DNA from: Lingula anatina
Taxonomy: Eukaryota; Animalia; Brachiopoda
Assembly: GCA_051362555.1 (NCBI GenBank)
Contig: CM120645.1
Coordinates: forward strand, 10,850,001 to 10,914,000
Reading direction: 5' to 3'
DNA length: 64,000 bases
Shown: one piece after another, positions 41,538 through 49,360 of the stretch
Layout of the letters: the number at the start of each line of letters is the position of its first letter
How positions within the stretch are numbered: position 1 is the first letter of the stretch
Program-made: the position numbers and the translations under genes
The notes under the pieces: model-generated
Told to the model about the DNA's origin: nothing
Database searches by the model: none
The model's input: only the letters and a program-made list of their open reading frames with translations

Positions 41538-43144
41538 GAACAAACATAACTGTTCACATCAAGCAGATGTTCAAATTGAGCTGTATTTTCCTAACACTGA
41601 TGACTCCTGTGATTTTCTAGACAATAGGCCTATTGGTTTTCCTTGAAATGCGTTATCAGTATTGCATATTTGCTGACAAAAGAGAAAACCTTGGGACAAC
41701 AGTAGGCAGATCTCTGCTAGTTTTGAAGATATGAGGGGCAAGAAAATATGCAGAGTTCAGTTTGTGGTGAAAAAGTAGGTCAAAGGTCAATTTCAAGGTC
41801 ACAGTATATGACTTCCTATAGAAGTTCAATAGTAGCTATGGGCATTTCTTTGCCAATTTTGGAGATATGAAGGCCAGGAAACATGCAAAGTGCAGTTCAT
41901 CATAAATAGTAGGTCAAAGGTCACAGTAAGATTGCCAGTATATGACTTCCTATTCAAGTTCAATAGTAACTATGGGTGTATCTCTGCCAGTTTTGGAGAT
42001 CGATATAAGGGTTAAAAATTTTGCAAAGTACAGTTCATGGTGAAAAGTAGGTCAAAGGTCAATTTCAAGGTCACAGTTAGATTACCAGTATATAACTTCA
42101 TATTAAAGTTCAATAGTAACTATGGGCGTATCTTTGCCAGTTTTGGATATATAAAGATCAGAAAACTTGCAAAGTGCAGTACTGAAAAGTAGGTCAAAAG
42201 TCAATTTCATGGTCACAGTTAGATTACCAGTATATGACTTCCTATTCAAGTTCAATAGTAACTATGGGCGTATCTCTGCTAATTTTGGAGTATTTCACAT
42301 TTTCCCCACTGAATATTGCGATGTTGTAATTTTTGATATAGGGCAACGCCTAAGCCATATCAAAAACAAAAAAATGGACACCACCCCCAGTATTGCACTT
42401 GACAAGGTCTACAAAATGCAATAAAAAAGAGGTCTGTGGCATTTACCGTTCCAGATTGAGAGTTAGTTTTCAGTTTCAGTATCTAATGGCTGCTACTCGC
42501 GTGAAAATGCACTGATTGACCTCAAACTCTCACAGATGAAAGGAGTCCCCAATGGTAACCCCTCACTATAACAGGAGAGCTAAGGACTGCGTAGTTTCCA
42601 AAAATTAGCACAAACAAATATTTTTTTACAGAAAATTCCCATTTTTAGAAAATTTTGGCTTGTTTGACCTTGAAAAAAAGGTCAAAAGTCAAATCCAAGG
42701 GCATATTTGGAATCTCCACATATGACTTTCGGTCAGACTTCTGTAGTAATTTTTCCCATAATTCCTTTGGTTTGGGAGATATTTAGCATTGAATTTTCAA
42801 AAATTTTGACATGGGTGCATTTCAACAAGCGTCACGCCCAGGCCAGTGCAGCGACGGAGACAAAAAAACCAGGGTGTTCAAGTTGAGATTATATGTGACC
42901 TAAATCCAAGAGATGGGGACACAGGTCCTTGCGGTCTAGTAGGAGAAGCGGTAACGGTGACTTGTTTCCGGCGCCCGACTGCGGAGCCGGCGGAGCTGCA
43001 GGAGCCGGCGGAGCCGCAGGAGCCGGCGGAGCTGTACGAGACGGGTCGGGACTAAAACCATGAGTACCGCCAGCGTACACGCTGGTGGTACTAATAATGA
43101 ACTAGATGATAAAAAATAATGTGACAATTAACAGCATGGAGTAT

Positions 43145-43188
<44 letters not shown>

Positions 43189-43944
43189 ATTTTTCTTTAC
43201 CACCAAGTTAACAACATTAAAATTTACAAACCCCTACCCTTACAGTTCCAGAATCCTGGCAAAATGTAAACATGTCCACAAAAGTACTAAAATAAAAAGT
43301 ACATTCAGTTTATTGTACTATCACAATACCATAAAACTAAAAACAAATATACACAAACCATGGTGCCATTAGCCAATGCTGGTTCAACAGCGAGTTCATC
43401 GGGTGCTCCACCATTGACATAAAAAATGTAAGCACATCCTCCCATTGGGCCCACAAGAAAGTCTTCATTCCCAGTCTTGAACGCAGCTTGGTCTCCAACT
43501 GATGTACCACTGCAGTTAACTCTAAACATGCCATCTGAATTGAACAAAATTGTATACATGTATTGATTCAAGTACGACCAATGTCACAGGAAACACACAC
43601 ACACACCTGTACTATATTATGAGCATTGCTCTGCAATTTCTCCATTCCAGAGACCTCTGACATTGAGGCTGAAATAAGACATATAAGGCTTAAGCACACT
43701 TAAATTACAATGCGCCCATAGTGACTTTGTCATTTCTGACTGGTGCATTTCTGAGTGAGCTCCTAAAAAGCTTGCAGTATTTTCCTTGCTTAGCTTCTAA
43801 AAAATCTTTATCTACTAGCTTAGACCCTCAAAACCGAATATTTACCTTGTTGGTACCAATCAAATTGATCAGTGTAGTCATTCTGTATGCCACATCTGTC
43901 TTGGTCTATTCCAGGATTGCATGGCTCAACTTTAAGCTGACATA
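401..43944 (-). CDS. Giant multi-exon mucin-like (MUC4/SUSD2/coral MLP-family) extracellular protein gene: 6x MAM-like, GYS micro-exons, Asn-rich repeat, EGF, TSP1, NIDO, AMOP, VWD, cadherin-like, EGF array. Partial: 5' start not found, 3' end beyond window
   Basis: 58 exons with canonical GT/AG on the minus strand and compatible phases (9531 nt, ~3177 codons, no in-frame stop in my assembly). NIDO-AMOP-VWD(GDPH)-EGF order is characteristic of the MUC4/SUSD2/MLP family. Individual exons are listed below. Confidence 0.85.
1080..1208 (-). CDS. exon: calcium-binding EGF
   Basis: [43 protein letters not shown]; 129 nt, phase 1-1. Confidence 0.92.
1402..1452. repeat. (ATT)n microsatellite
   Basis: direct reading. 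Confidence 0.95.
1603..1869 (-). CDS. exon: two calcium-binding EGF domains
   Basis: [12 protein letters not shown]...[22 protein letters not shown]...DDRRVCD; 267 nt, phase 1-1. Confidence 0.92.
2152..2274 (-). CDS. exon: cbEGF
   Basis: [41 protein letters not shown]; 123 nt. Confidence 0.92.
2623..2763 (-). CDS. exon: cbEGF
   Basis: [33 protein letters not shown]...KCI; 141 nt. Confidence 0.92.
3188..3310 (-). CDS. exon: non-calcium EGF
   Basis: [40 protein letters not shown]; paralogous to exon 401-523. Confidence 0.9.
3597..3728 (-). CDS. exon: cbEGF
   Basis: [44 protein letters not shown]; 132 nt. Confidence 0.92.
3979..4104 (-). CDS. exon: cbEGF
   Basis: [42 protein letters not shown]; 126 nt. 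Confidence 0.92.
4559..4687 (-). CDS. exon: cbEGF
   Basis: [43 protein letters not shown]; 129 nt. Confidence 0.92.
5073..5222 (-). CDS. exon: cbEGF
   Basis: [50 protein letters not shown]; 150 nt. Confidence 0.92.
5537..5668 (-). CDS. exon: cbEGF
   Basis: [44 protein letters not shown]; 132 nt. Confidence 0.92.
6142..6282 (-). CDS. exon: non-calcium EGF
   Basis: [46 protein letters not shown]; 141 nt. Confidence 0.88.
6710..6832 (-). CDS. exon: cbEGF
   Basis: [41 protein letters not shown]; 123 nt. Confidence 0.92.
6992..7114 (-). CDS. exon: cbEGF
   Basis: [41 protein letters not shown]; 123 nt. Confidence 0.92.
7548..7676 (-). CDS. exon: cbEGF
   Basis: [43 protein letters not shown]; 129 nt. 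Confidence 0.92.
7735..7806. repeat. (CA)n microsatellite
   Basis: direct reading. Confidence 0.95.
8011..8133 (-). CDS. exon: cbEGF
   Basis: [41 protein letters not shown]; 123 nt. Confidence 0.92.
8621..8852 (-). CDS. exon: EGF (completing CNCT from the previous exon) plus cbEGF
   Basis: [77 protein letters not shown]; 232 nt, phase 0-1. Confidence 0.9.
9095..9240 (-). CDS. exon: cadherin-like domain, second half
   Basis: [49 protein letters not shown]; 146 nt, phase 1-0. Confidence 0.85.
9609..9752 (-). CDS. exon: cadherin-like domain, first half
   Basis: [49 protein letters not shown] with N-x-P-P-x-F and A-T-D-P motifs; 144 nt. Confidence 0.85.
10059..10243 (-). CDS. exon: post-VWD cysteine region
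   Basis: [48 protein letters not shown]; the C-x-F-D-I-A-x-T-G motif is typical after VWD in this family; phase 2-1. Confidence 0.88.
10378..10468 (-). CDS. exon: VWD C-terminal part
   Basis: [31 protein letters not shown]; 91 nt, phase 1-2. Confidence 0.85.
10628..10738 (-). CDS. exon: VWD
   Basis: [22 protein letters not shown] matches the VWD motif GL-x-G-N-x-N-G; 111 nt. Confidence 0.92.
10984..11181 (-). CDS. exon: VWD
   Basis: [13 protein letters not shown]...[17 protein letters not shown]; 198 nt. Confidence 0.88.
11591..11830 (-). CDS. exon: VWD start with GDPH
   Basis: [25 protein letters not shown]...LQGRT is the canonical VWD opening; 240 nt. Confidence 0.95.
11881..11950. repeat. 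(AC)n microsatellite
   Basis: direct reading. Confidence 0.95.
12439..12789 (-). CDS. exon: AMOP domain
   Basis: KCPR...CYVR...[12 protein letters not shown]...[21 protein letters not shown] matches the AMOP CCY...CC...C..Y...RP pattern; 351 nt. Confidence 0.88.
13556..13820 (-). CDS. exon: NIDO end / AMOP start
   Basis: PNFPARVGY...[28 protein letters not shown]; 265 nt, phase 0-1. Confidence 0.85.
14280..14390 (-). CDS. exon: NIDO
   Basis: [28 protein letters not shown] matches the NIDO motif TFQ-x-x-x-x-TD; 111 nt, phase 0-0. Confidence 0.92.
14642..14815 (-). CDS. exon: NIDO
   Basis: DGRGLYFKE...[15 protein letters not shown] matches the NIDO F-x-A-x-x-x-x-x-V-T-W motif; 174 nt. Confidence 0.9.
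15560..15751 (-). CDS. exon: NIDO N-terminal region
   Basis: [10 protein letters not shown]...[11 protein letters not shown] (equivalent to IAPFWAD); 192 nt, phase 0-0. Confidence 0.85.
16019..16152 (-). CDS. exon: pre-NIDO region
   Basis: [45 protein letters not shown]; 134 nt, phase 1-0. Confidence 0.8.
16791..17081 (-). CDS. exon: two cbEGF
   Basis: [12 protein letters not shown]...[16 protein letters not shown]...[12 protein letters not shown]...[12 protein letters not shown]; 291 nt. Confidence 0.93.
17497..17646 (-). CDS. exon: EGF
   Basis: [36 protein letters not shown]...NQCV; 150 nt. Confidence 0.88.
17981..18169 (-). CDS. exon: thrombospondin type-1 repeat
   Basis: [26 protein letters not shown] matches W-x-x-W-x-x-C-S-x-x-C-G...R-x-R-x-C; 189 nt. 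Confidence 0.93.
18534..18647 (-). CDS. exon: Notch/fibropellin-type EGF (38 aa)
   Basis: [38 protein letters not shown]; 114 nt. Confidence 0.93.
18651..18900. repeat. Minisatellite, 5 x 50 bp, starting at an exon splice acceptor
   Basis: Unit (a/g)taataaagaaaagttgattgttaattctttgttgtaatgcactgtgatg. Confidence 0.95.
19294..19407 (-). CDS. exon: Notch-type EGF
   Basis: [38 protein letters not shown]; 114 nt. Confidence 0.93.
19685..19798 (-). CDS. exon: Notch-type EGF
   Basis: [38 protein letters not shown]; 114 nt. Confidence 0.93.
20622..20699. repeat. Compound (TG)n(TA)n microsatellite
   Basis: direct reading. Confidence 0.95.
20756..20869 (-). CDS. exon: Notch-type EGF
   Basis: [38 protein letters not shown]; 114 nt. 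Confidence 0.92.
21162..21284 (-). CDS. exon: Notch-type EGF
   Basis: [41 protein letters not shown]; 123 nt. Confidence 0.92.
21590..21740. mobile_element. Degraded inverted-repeat MITE related to 53563-53800
   Basis: ggatcaatccaactcc..ctcactaaattgc / gcaatttagcgag..ggagatagatcc imperfect inverted repeat; shares gatc-atccaactcc with the 53.6-kb element. Confidence 0.5.
21872..21951. repeat. (TA)n microsatellite
   Basis: direct reading. Confidence 0.95.
22422..25273 (+). mobile_element. Tandem/nested Helentron-associated (HINE / pearl-like) non-autonomous elements with a ~160-bp internal satellite
   Basis: Two homologous 5' modules start aaacaaga at 22422 and 23992 (~400 bp, diverged). Arrays of ~160-bp units lie at 23340-23990 and ~24400-25175, followed by a (GACGGC)n microsatellite 25186-25222, a perfect hairpin tatgtacagacac-atct-gtgtctgtacata 25240-25269 and an A-run. 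Confidence 0.8.
25550..25630 (-). CDS. exon: Pro-rich linker
   Basis: [27 protein letters not shown]; TAG acceptor, GTAAGT donor, 81 nt, phase 1-1. Confidence 0.7.
26472..26813 (-). CDS. exon: MAM-like module 6, C-half
   Basis: LMLNCSQ...ETCASV...[19 protein letters not shown]...PGTCQ, paralogous to the 333-nt exons; 342 nt. Confidence 0.85.
27315..27446 (-). CDS. exon: MAM-like module 6, N-half
   Basis: ...[25 protein letters not shown] is a MAM-type C...CG-x-x-Q...DF-x-W; 132 nt. Confidence 0.82.
28241..30305. mobile_element. Non-autonomous Tc1/mariner-type element nested in MITE copy A
   Basis: Perfect 25-bp TIRs cggtaaagtcttgaaaatttcgtcg / cgacgaaattttcaagactttaccg; TA on both flanks; empty single-TA site in copy B; internal ~300-bp tandem units; no transposase ORF. 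Confidence 0.92.
28690..29735. repeat. Internal tandem array (~300-370 bp units, 3.5 copies) built from cgcgaacgatctcc sub-repeats
   Basis: cttacatcgcgaac(g/a)atctcccg recurs at ~28690, 29062, 29358 and 29659. Confidence 0.9.
30873..31412 (-). CDS. exon: Asn/Gly/Thr/Tyr hexapeptide repeat (GN-x-T-x-x)
   Basis: 540 nt open, TAG acceptor, GTAAGT donor, phase 1-1; ...[24 protein letters not shown]...; 18-nt and 51-nt DNA repeats. Confidence 0.85.
31935..32270 (-). CDS. exon: MAM-like module 5, C-half
   Basis: [17 protein letters not shown]...[35 protein letters not shown]; 336 nt. Confidence 0.88.
32768..32923 (-). CDS. exon: GDSGY linker plus MAM-like module 5, N-half
   Basis: [52 protein letters not shown]; 156 nt. 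Confidence 0.85.
33183..33515 (-). CDS. exon: MAM-like module 4, C-half
   Basis: [17 protein letters not shown]...[34 protein letters not shown]; 333 nt. Confidence 0.9.
34187..34294 (-). CDS. exon: MAM-like module 4, N-half
   Basis: [36 protein letters not shown]; 108 nt. Confidence 0.88.
34527..34859 (-). CDS. exon: MAM-like module 3, C-half
   Basis: Near-identical paralog of 33183-33515; 333 nt. Confidence 0.9.
35194..35301 (-). CDS. exon: MAM-like module 3, N-half
   Basis: Same peptide as 34187-34294 (2 nt differences); 108 nt. Confidence 0.88.
35681..36255. mobile_element. PIF/Harbinger-type MITE with ~65-bp TIRs and a duplicated right end
   Basis: Left ggcctctatttcacacagaccac...; right ...gtggtctgtgtgaaataggggca ends at both 36097 and 36255; TTA before the left end and after both right ends. 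Confidence 0.85.
36617..36949 (-). CDS. exon: MAM-like module 2, C-half
   Basis: [35 protein letters not shown]...[34 protein letters not shown]; 333 nt. Confidence 0.9.
37206..37756. mobile_element. Foldback-like MITE, ~110-bp TIRs, CAGG..CCTG termini, candidate 5-bp TSD AATTT
   Basis: caggcctaaccaactaccagactcggcacctaaggatcc...ggagtatca mirrored at 37648-37756 with few mismatches. Confidence 0.85.
38258..38356 (-). CDS. exon: MAM-like module 2, N-half
   Basis: [33 protein letters not shown]; 99 nt. Confidence 0.87.
38786..38809 (-). CDS. micro-exon (24 nt) GSSSSGYS
   Basis: tttcag|...|gtaatg, phase 1-1, homologous to the neighbouring micro-exons. Confidence 0.65.
39183..39212 (-). CDS. 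micro-exon (30 nt) [10 protein letters not shown]
   Basis: tttcag|...|gtaatg, phase 1-1. Confidence 0.7.
39501..39533 (-). CDS. micro-exon (33 nt) [11 protein letters not shown]
   Basis: tttcag|...|gtaatt, phase 1-1. Confidence 0.7.
39968..40000 (-). CDS. micro-exon (33 nt) [11 protein letters not shown]
   Basis: ttgcag|...|gtaata, phase 1-1. Confidence 0.7.
40309..40377 (-). CDS. exon: linker
   Basis: [23 protein letters not shown]; tttcag acceptor, gtaact donor, 69 nt, phase 1-1; no domain support. Confidence 0.55.
41014..41182 (-). CDS. exon: MAM-like module 1, last third
   Basis: [56 protein letters not shown]; phase 0-1, matching the phase-0 end of 43359-43534. Confidence 0.78.
41298..43097 (+). 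mobile_element. Complete Helentron-associated (HINE/DINE-1/pearl-like) element
   Basis: 5' aaactag plus hairpin agaggcg-atac-cgcctct; subterminal inverted repeat gtaccaccagc (41338-41348) / gctggtggtac (43081-43091); ~135-bp core repeats (aaagtaggtcaaaggtca...) 41770-42290; ggagccggcggagc(t/c)gca minisatellite; 3' hairpin agtaccgccagcg-taca-cgctggtggtact followed by aataat. Confidence 0.85.
43359..43534 (-). CDS. exon: MAM-like module 1, middle
   Basis: [21 protein letters not shown]...[12 protein letters not shown] (VNCS..GD.A and C-x-x-x-x-Y as in the other modules); phase 1-0. Confidence 0.78.
43846..43944 (-). CDS. exon: MAM-like module 1, N-part (most 5' exon identified)
   Basis: [32 protein letters not shown], closest to the canonical MAM CG-x-x-Q-D-x-x-D-x-F-D-W; 99 nt. 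Confidence 0.8.
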
Positions 43945-44030
43945 CTGCAGAAAAAACAAAATAAAAACATTGTGTTTAGAATTTGGAAACACATCAGTAA
44001 TTCTAATAGACACAATAAGGGCAGTAAAGC

Positions 44031-44199
44031 CAGGCCTGTAGTCAGGGGGGAGTTGGGGGTTCAAAAGAATCCCCCTTTTTGCTGGGAAAAGGTCCACTCT
44101 GGGTAAATTTGATCCAGGTAAACTAAGGTTTCATGACAAAAAGTCCACATTTTCAGAAAAGACCTCCTCCCCCCTTAACAATTCCTAGCTACAGGCCTG
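44031..44199. mobile_element. MITE with CAGGCCTGTAG TIRs and 5-bp TSD (hAT5-like)
   Basis: caggcctgtag...ctacaggcctg; AAAGC on both flanks; partial inverted relative at ~44915-45090. Confidence 0.8.
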
Positions 44200-47100
44200 A
44201 AAGCCAAAAGACATTTTCCGAAGCAAGTCCTCAGGACTTTAGACTGCAGATTATATACATTTAAAACAAAAAAAAGATCACTAAACTATACTATAGTGAC
44301 CACACTTAAGCTGAAAGATTAAGCAGAAAGCTACTGTTCTACATTATATTGCTGTATAGCTCTTTAAGTTGCTAAAAAATGTAAATGCAAACCTTAAACT
44401 CTGAAAATCAGCAAAGACCTTTTGTGACCAAATTGGTGGTTTGATCAAAATGTAACATATGTACCTTCTGGCAATAAATGGGTCTTTAAATTATAGGAAG
44501 AAACGGAAGAATGTACTGTACTTGAACTAAAGAAAAGCCTTAATTTGAAGCAAAATAAGTTAATAAGTGATGGGTCAAGAAAATTCCAATGCTGTGAGAA
44601 AACGCAACCCTTACCAACACCTTTTTAATAATTAAAGGCAATATCTAACTATTTTTAAAATTCAGTTTTTCACATCCAAAGGTAGAAAACTTTATAATTT
44701 CAAGAGATTCGACATTCTACCCAATTCATCTGGTACATCTTAGACACTTTAATACAGGTAGGGTGCACATAACAGGAATGCCCCCTCTCCCTTTCTCCTC
44801 TGTATCGTTTGTCTTAGACCTATGTTCTGGTCTCATTTTAACAAAACTTAATCTTTAAGTTGAGACTATAATCTTCGTCTGTTAAAGCATTGTTATAGGA
44901 CCAGTCCTCGTTATCAGGCCCGTAGCCAGCAAATTCAAAAGGGGGGTTCTTTTTCTGAAAAAGTGGACCTTTTACAATGAAACTTATGTGTACCTAGATA
45001 AAAATTTTACCCAAAATGGACCTTTTCCAAACCGACTATTACCCCTTTTCCTGACAAAAGGGGCAGTTTTTTCAAAACCCTTTCATGGAATCCTTTCAGG
45101 AAAGGGGGGGGGGGGGGGGGGGGGGGACTGCCCAACAGCCATATCAAAGTTAAAACGACGATAATGTGAAACGGTGAAAGCAGCCACCGTGAGTTTCATG
45201 TCTCTCAGGTAACCGAGTCCCCAGTAATGACAAATCTTTGCTGGTGATAGAATACAAAGAAGTCTGTTTCCAGTAACCTTTAAAGCTAGTACAGTGACAG
45301 GAAGAAGTTGGGAACACATATACTGATTTAGAACCTGCACAGCAGCTTAGATCAAGGAGTTATAACACTGTTATAACTCCTTGCTTAGATCGGCATAAAT
45401 GTTTCCACTGTGCTGTTGCATTATGTACCATCTTACGGGGTTCAGTTTAACCTTTAACTGTGCAAAAAAAGTCTCTTTTAAGAGAAATTCCTCAAAATTA
45501 CTTACTATGGCAGTATTTTTAAATAAGTCGGACAAGATGTGCAGACGATCGTTCTTCCAAACAGGCTGCGCTCCGAAACGAGACTTCAACCTCGTTTTAG
45601 CCGTGACAGTGTGAAGCCGCTAGCAGACCCTTGACAGAATCCAGTGCCAGATTAACACGCTATTCAAGTTAGAGGGAGTTTTGAAAAAAAGCACCTTAAT
45701 TAGAATTTAATAATTTTAAATAAAAGTGTTTACTGCGTGCTTGCTTCCTTTCTCATGAATACCAATAAAGCAAAGGCAGCCACTGGAAATAAGACAGCAT
45801 GCAGGGCCTTCTCTCAGCAATTTATATTTTCAGAACACAAGGCCTACTTGGTAGTACCAAAAGGAGAAAGACTGCAGAAGCAGCTTTAATACTTTTAGAT
45901 TTTATGTTTTAAATCAACATTCCTGTAAATTAAATCACGTCAACTGGGCTAGGCATCAAGTGCCAGTGGCTTATTTTCGCTAATTCCATCCAATTAGCAC
46001 CTGTCTAAGTAGGCCTGCAGGCAAACAGTGCTAGTCTGATTAACTAGATAGCAGTCACTAGTAGGCCTACTAGGTCACCGGGAGTGGCTAATTAACCTTA
46101 TCTACAAATCTGAAGGGCTAATCATGGACATAATAAGAGGTCCAAGGGCTAATTAAGCTTGATGACACCAGATTTCAGTAGAGTAGTAGGCCTAACCGTC
46201 TAAAGAAACCAAGAGAGTGATTTCAAATGTCTAATTTTATTACCTCACCTGTAGGCCCCTTTAACCAGCGGACATCATCGCGTGATTAAACAACAGCAAT
46301 TTGTTTAAGTTGATATTTTTTAATTTAATTTACCTACCTGCTTCGGTTGTTTATGAATAATTATAGTTCACACCCAGTTTTAACAATAGCCTATAATATA
46401 TTTATCGTAAATGTCTCAAATCCTTTTTTTTTTAGTTCAGAATACTTAAAAGGTTGACAGCCAGTTTTCCTTGTTTTGCCCGAAGCCCGGGGCATATTTT
46501 AGTCAATAGGTGACTGAAGAGATAAAGCTACCAGACACACTAACTGGCAAGCATTACTGTCATTTGTCACACAGAAGGCTACTCAAGTTTGACTTTTTTT
46601 ACCTCTTGCACTGTCACGTGTGTTGTTCTGTGCTTCTCCCAGGACGATCAGGACACATACCAAGTACGCTCCCAGCAGCAAGTTACTTTTTATCTGAAAC
46701 GATACAGACAAGGGCCGTTAATTGTAGTTTCTTATTTTGTTGTACGTTAACTGAATTATAATACGAAAATAAAGAAACAAGCTCGAGATAATAATTACCC
46801 TTTTAACTATGTCGAGATAAAAAGGCGAGTTTAACGGTAAGGCCTACGTGTTGCAGTTTTATTTGTCTTCTCTCTTATGTCTGCAGGTTAGGGACAATTT
46901 TTTGTGCCAAAATAAAGTGAACTTTGTGAATGGATAGACTTAATGACTAAGATGCGTTTACAGATTTACAACAGAAAGTTTTTTATGCATTTTTCGAGAA
47001 ACAGCGACAAGTCATAACTTTACCCATAAAGGGACACTATGAATAAACAAATATAGTATGTAGATAAATGGGCCTACTAGAGGGCCCCATTGGGTATTAT

Positions 47101-47570
47101 CGTTACCCGTGAAAACCACTTTCTATTTATTTCCCGAGGTGCGTGCAACGTTAATTTTAATTTAGCGATTTTCTGGAGCACCCCATTCCCGTGTCTCTTG
47201 AATGTGGCTTTTTATTCTCCGCCCTTCGCGAAACGAATGCATTATACACCCAGTGATTCGTTATTTTCAGGATTTTGACACTCATTATCAGTGAGATATG
47301 AATAAAGTGATGTTTACTTTGGTTTATGAATTGATGATTTTATTTCCCGTGAACAGTGATCATTCCTCCCCCCCCCCCCCCCCCCCCCCCAATGGAATCC
47401 CCCTAAAGGGTTGTGAAAATACTGATCTGGAACACATCGTTCTTTTGAGAAAAGATAGAAATAATGTGTTTTATAAGTGCCACATCTCAAAACGGGCGAT
47501 GAGCGAAGTAACTGGGCTGCCGACTAAATATTCCCGACCCAACTAAAAAGCGATGCCGCTAATATTCCCA

Positions 47571-47678
47571 GGTGGTCTCCCGCCTCCACATGCGTCATTA
47601 AACGCATTCAGTCTCGGCTTCGATGTTTAATTGCCAGGCCCCTGCAGCGACGTCGCGTGTGGAGGCGGGGAGACCATC
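47571..47678. mobile_element. Small inverted-repeat element
   Basis: tggtctcccgcctccacatgcg ... cgcgtgtggaggcgggagacca. Confidence 0.6.
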
Positions 47679-48319
47679 TAATCAGAGAATTAGGTGGTTC
47701 AGTTAGTCCGCGGATCATCTGTTCTGAATACGCTCTAGATTACACCTGTTATATTGGTACATGTTATAAAATATGCTTTACGCTTGGAAAAGATGCTGTA
47801 AACACGGACAGTGATAAATGAAGATTCATAAAAAAAACAGATATGTTTGTTGTAAACCTCTGTAAACATCAACTTTGGCGAATGTTAAAATATAGTATTT
47901 TGTATCTATTTACTAAGGTGACATGTGAAGTATAAAAATGGTGCAACACTGATCAAGCGTGATTTAGTACGGGTGGGCCATTTTCGGCATCACAAGACGT
48001 CAAATTCCGGCAAAATGACAGACTATTCGCAATATATTTAAAACGCGACAATCCAATTTAATGCAGGGGACAGGTTGGGGGTATTAATCAGTTTGAGAGT
48101 GCAGCTAATCCGTCTTCTTCTTTTTCTTGAAGTAGGTCTAAAACGAACGAAGTTAAAAATCCCCTGCCCCTAAAAACTCAATAATATACACACATAATGG
48201 CATATCAGAATTCACGCGAGGGAGACTAAACAAATGTCAAGATATTTTCCTTTTTTTCCATTTCATTTATAATTAAGCATTTTTTTATTGTGTTGACATA
48301 TGATACTATCCAGTGGTTA

Positions 48320-49360
48320 GGCCACGCTTTTTTATTTTTATGGATGACATCCTCTGGGGACCCCAAAATCGGTGCGAGCGGGCGAAAAAAAAAAACAGTC
48401 CAAAAAAAAAAAAAAACTGCTTAAAAAAAGTTATGTTTTCAGTACACAGCTGGAAACACTAATTTACCACAGAAACACGTATCAAACTAACAATATGTCT
48501 TTATCCATGCTCTCAAAATATTAAAGCATTGTGAATAGGGCCTACTTCGTAGAAAGGTAAAAAGTCATGAACATATATGCTGCATATTACCAAATCTATT
48601 TAAGGTTATTTCATGCATTCTGTTGGTATAGCAATCAATAAAACAAATATCAAATAAACAGCGTGTCTTTATTTGTACTCTCAGAAAATTAAAGCATTGT
48701 AAACACTTCACAGAACTGTTAAAAAAATGAAGCAAAGATAGGCCTATGCTTCCTACAGTACTACCAAATCTAAAAAAGGTCATTTTGGTCGATGCCATTT
48801 TGTCTACTTCGACTCAAACGTAGCAGCCAACTATCGGGTGGCCTGTCCGGCCTTCAGTCCACCAAATACCACGACGCTCTTGTCGACCCTTTTTTCGCTA
48901 CTAAAAAAAACCTGGTAGGCCTATGTGCTGCTTTGGACAGAATGTCACGGCCAGCCTTTCGTATAATTGTAAAAGGGTGATATCTCCATGTCCAATATCA
49001 ATGGCAAACCAATCCAAAACGTACGGCCCCCGTTCTCTTTATGACTTTAATTGTCGTGTATTTTGAAATTAATGCCAGAGATGAATTTGACGGCAAAGCG
49101 GCCATATTTCCATGTTGTGATAACATTTTCCGCACTTGGAACTACTCGGATGTCTCCGCAGTCGACAATGACAGTATGGAGCTTGCGGAATTAGCCGAGG
49201 ATTGCCGATTGCATTTTCCGGCAAATTCAATAACGACGTTTGCGACAACCGACCTCCTTGGGGGGAGGGGGGGATTTTTTTTTTTTTTTTTTTTTTTGGA
49301 GAACGGACGAAAATCGGTGCGCGCGCAGGATGTCATCCATAAAAATAAAAAAGTGTGGCC
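48320..49360. mobile_element. PIF/Harbinger-type MITE, copy B (1041 bp, uninterrupted)
   Basis: Same ggccac..atggatgacatcct TIRs; TTA on both flanks; internal sequence is the reverse complement of copy A minus the nested element. Confidence 0.92.

Noticed and set aside
43607-43668. Candidate exon between the module-1 exons
   Set aside because: 62 nt, would shift the frame; the flanking exons join correctly without it.
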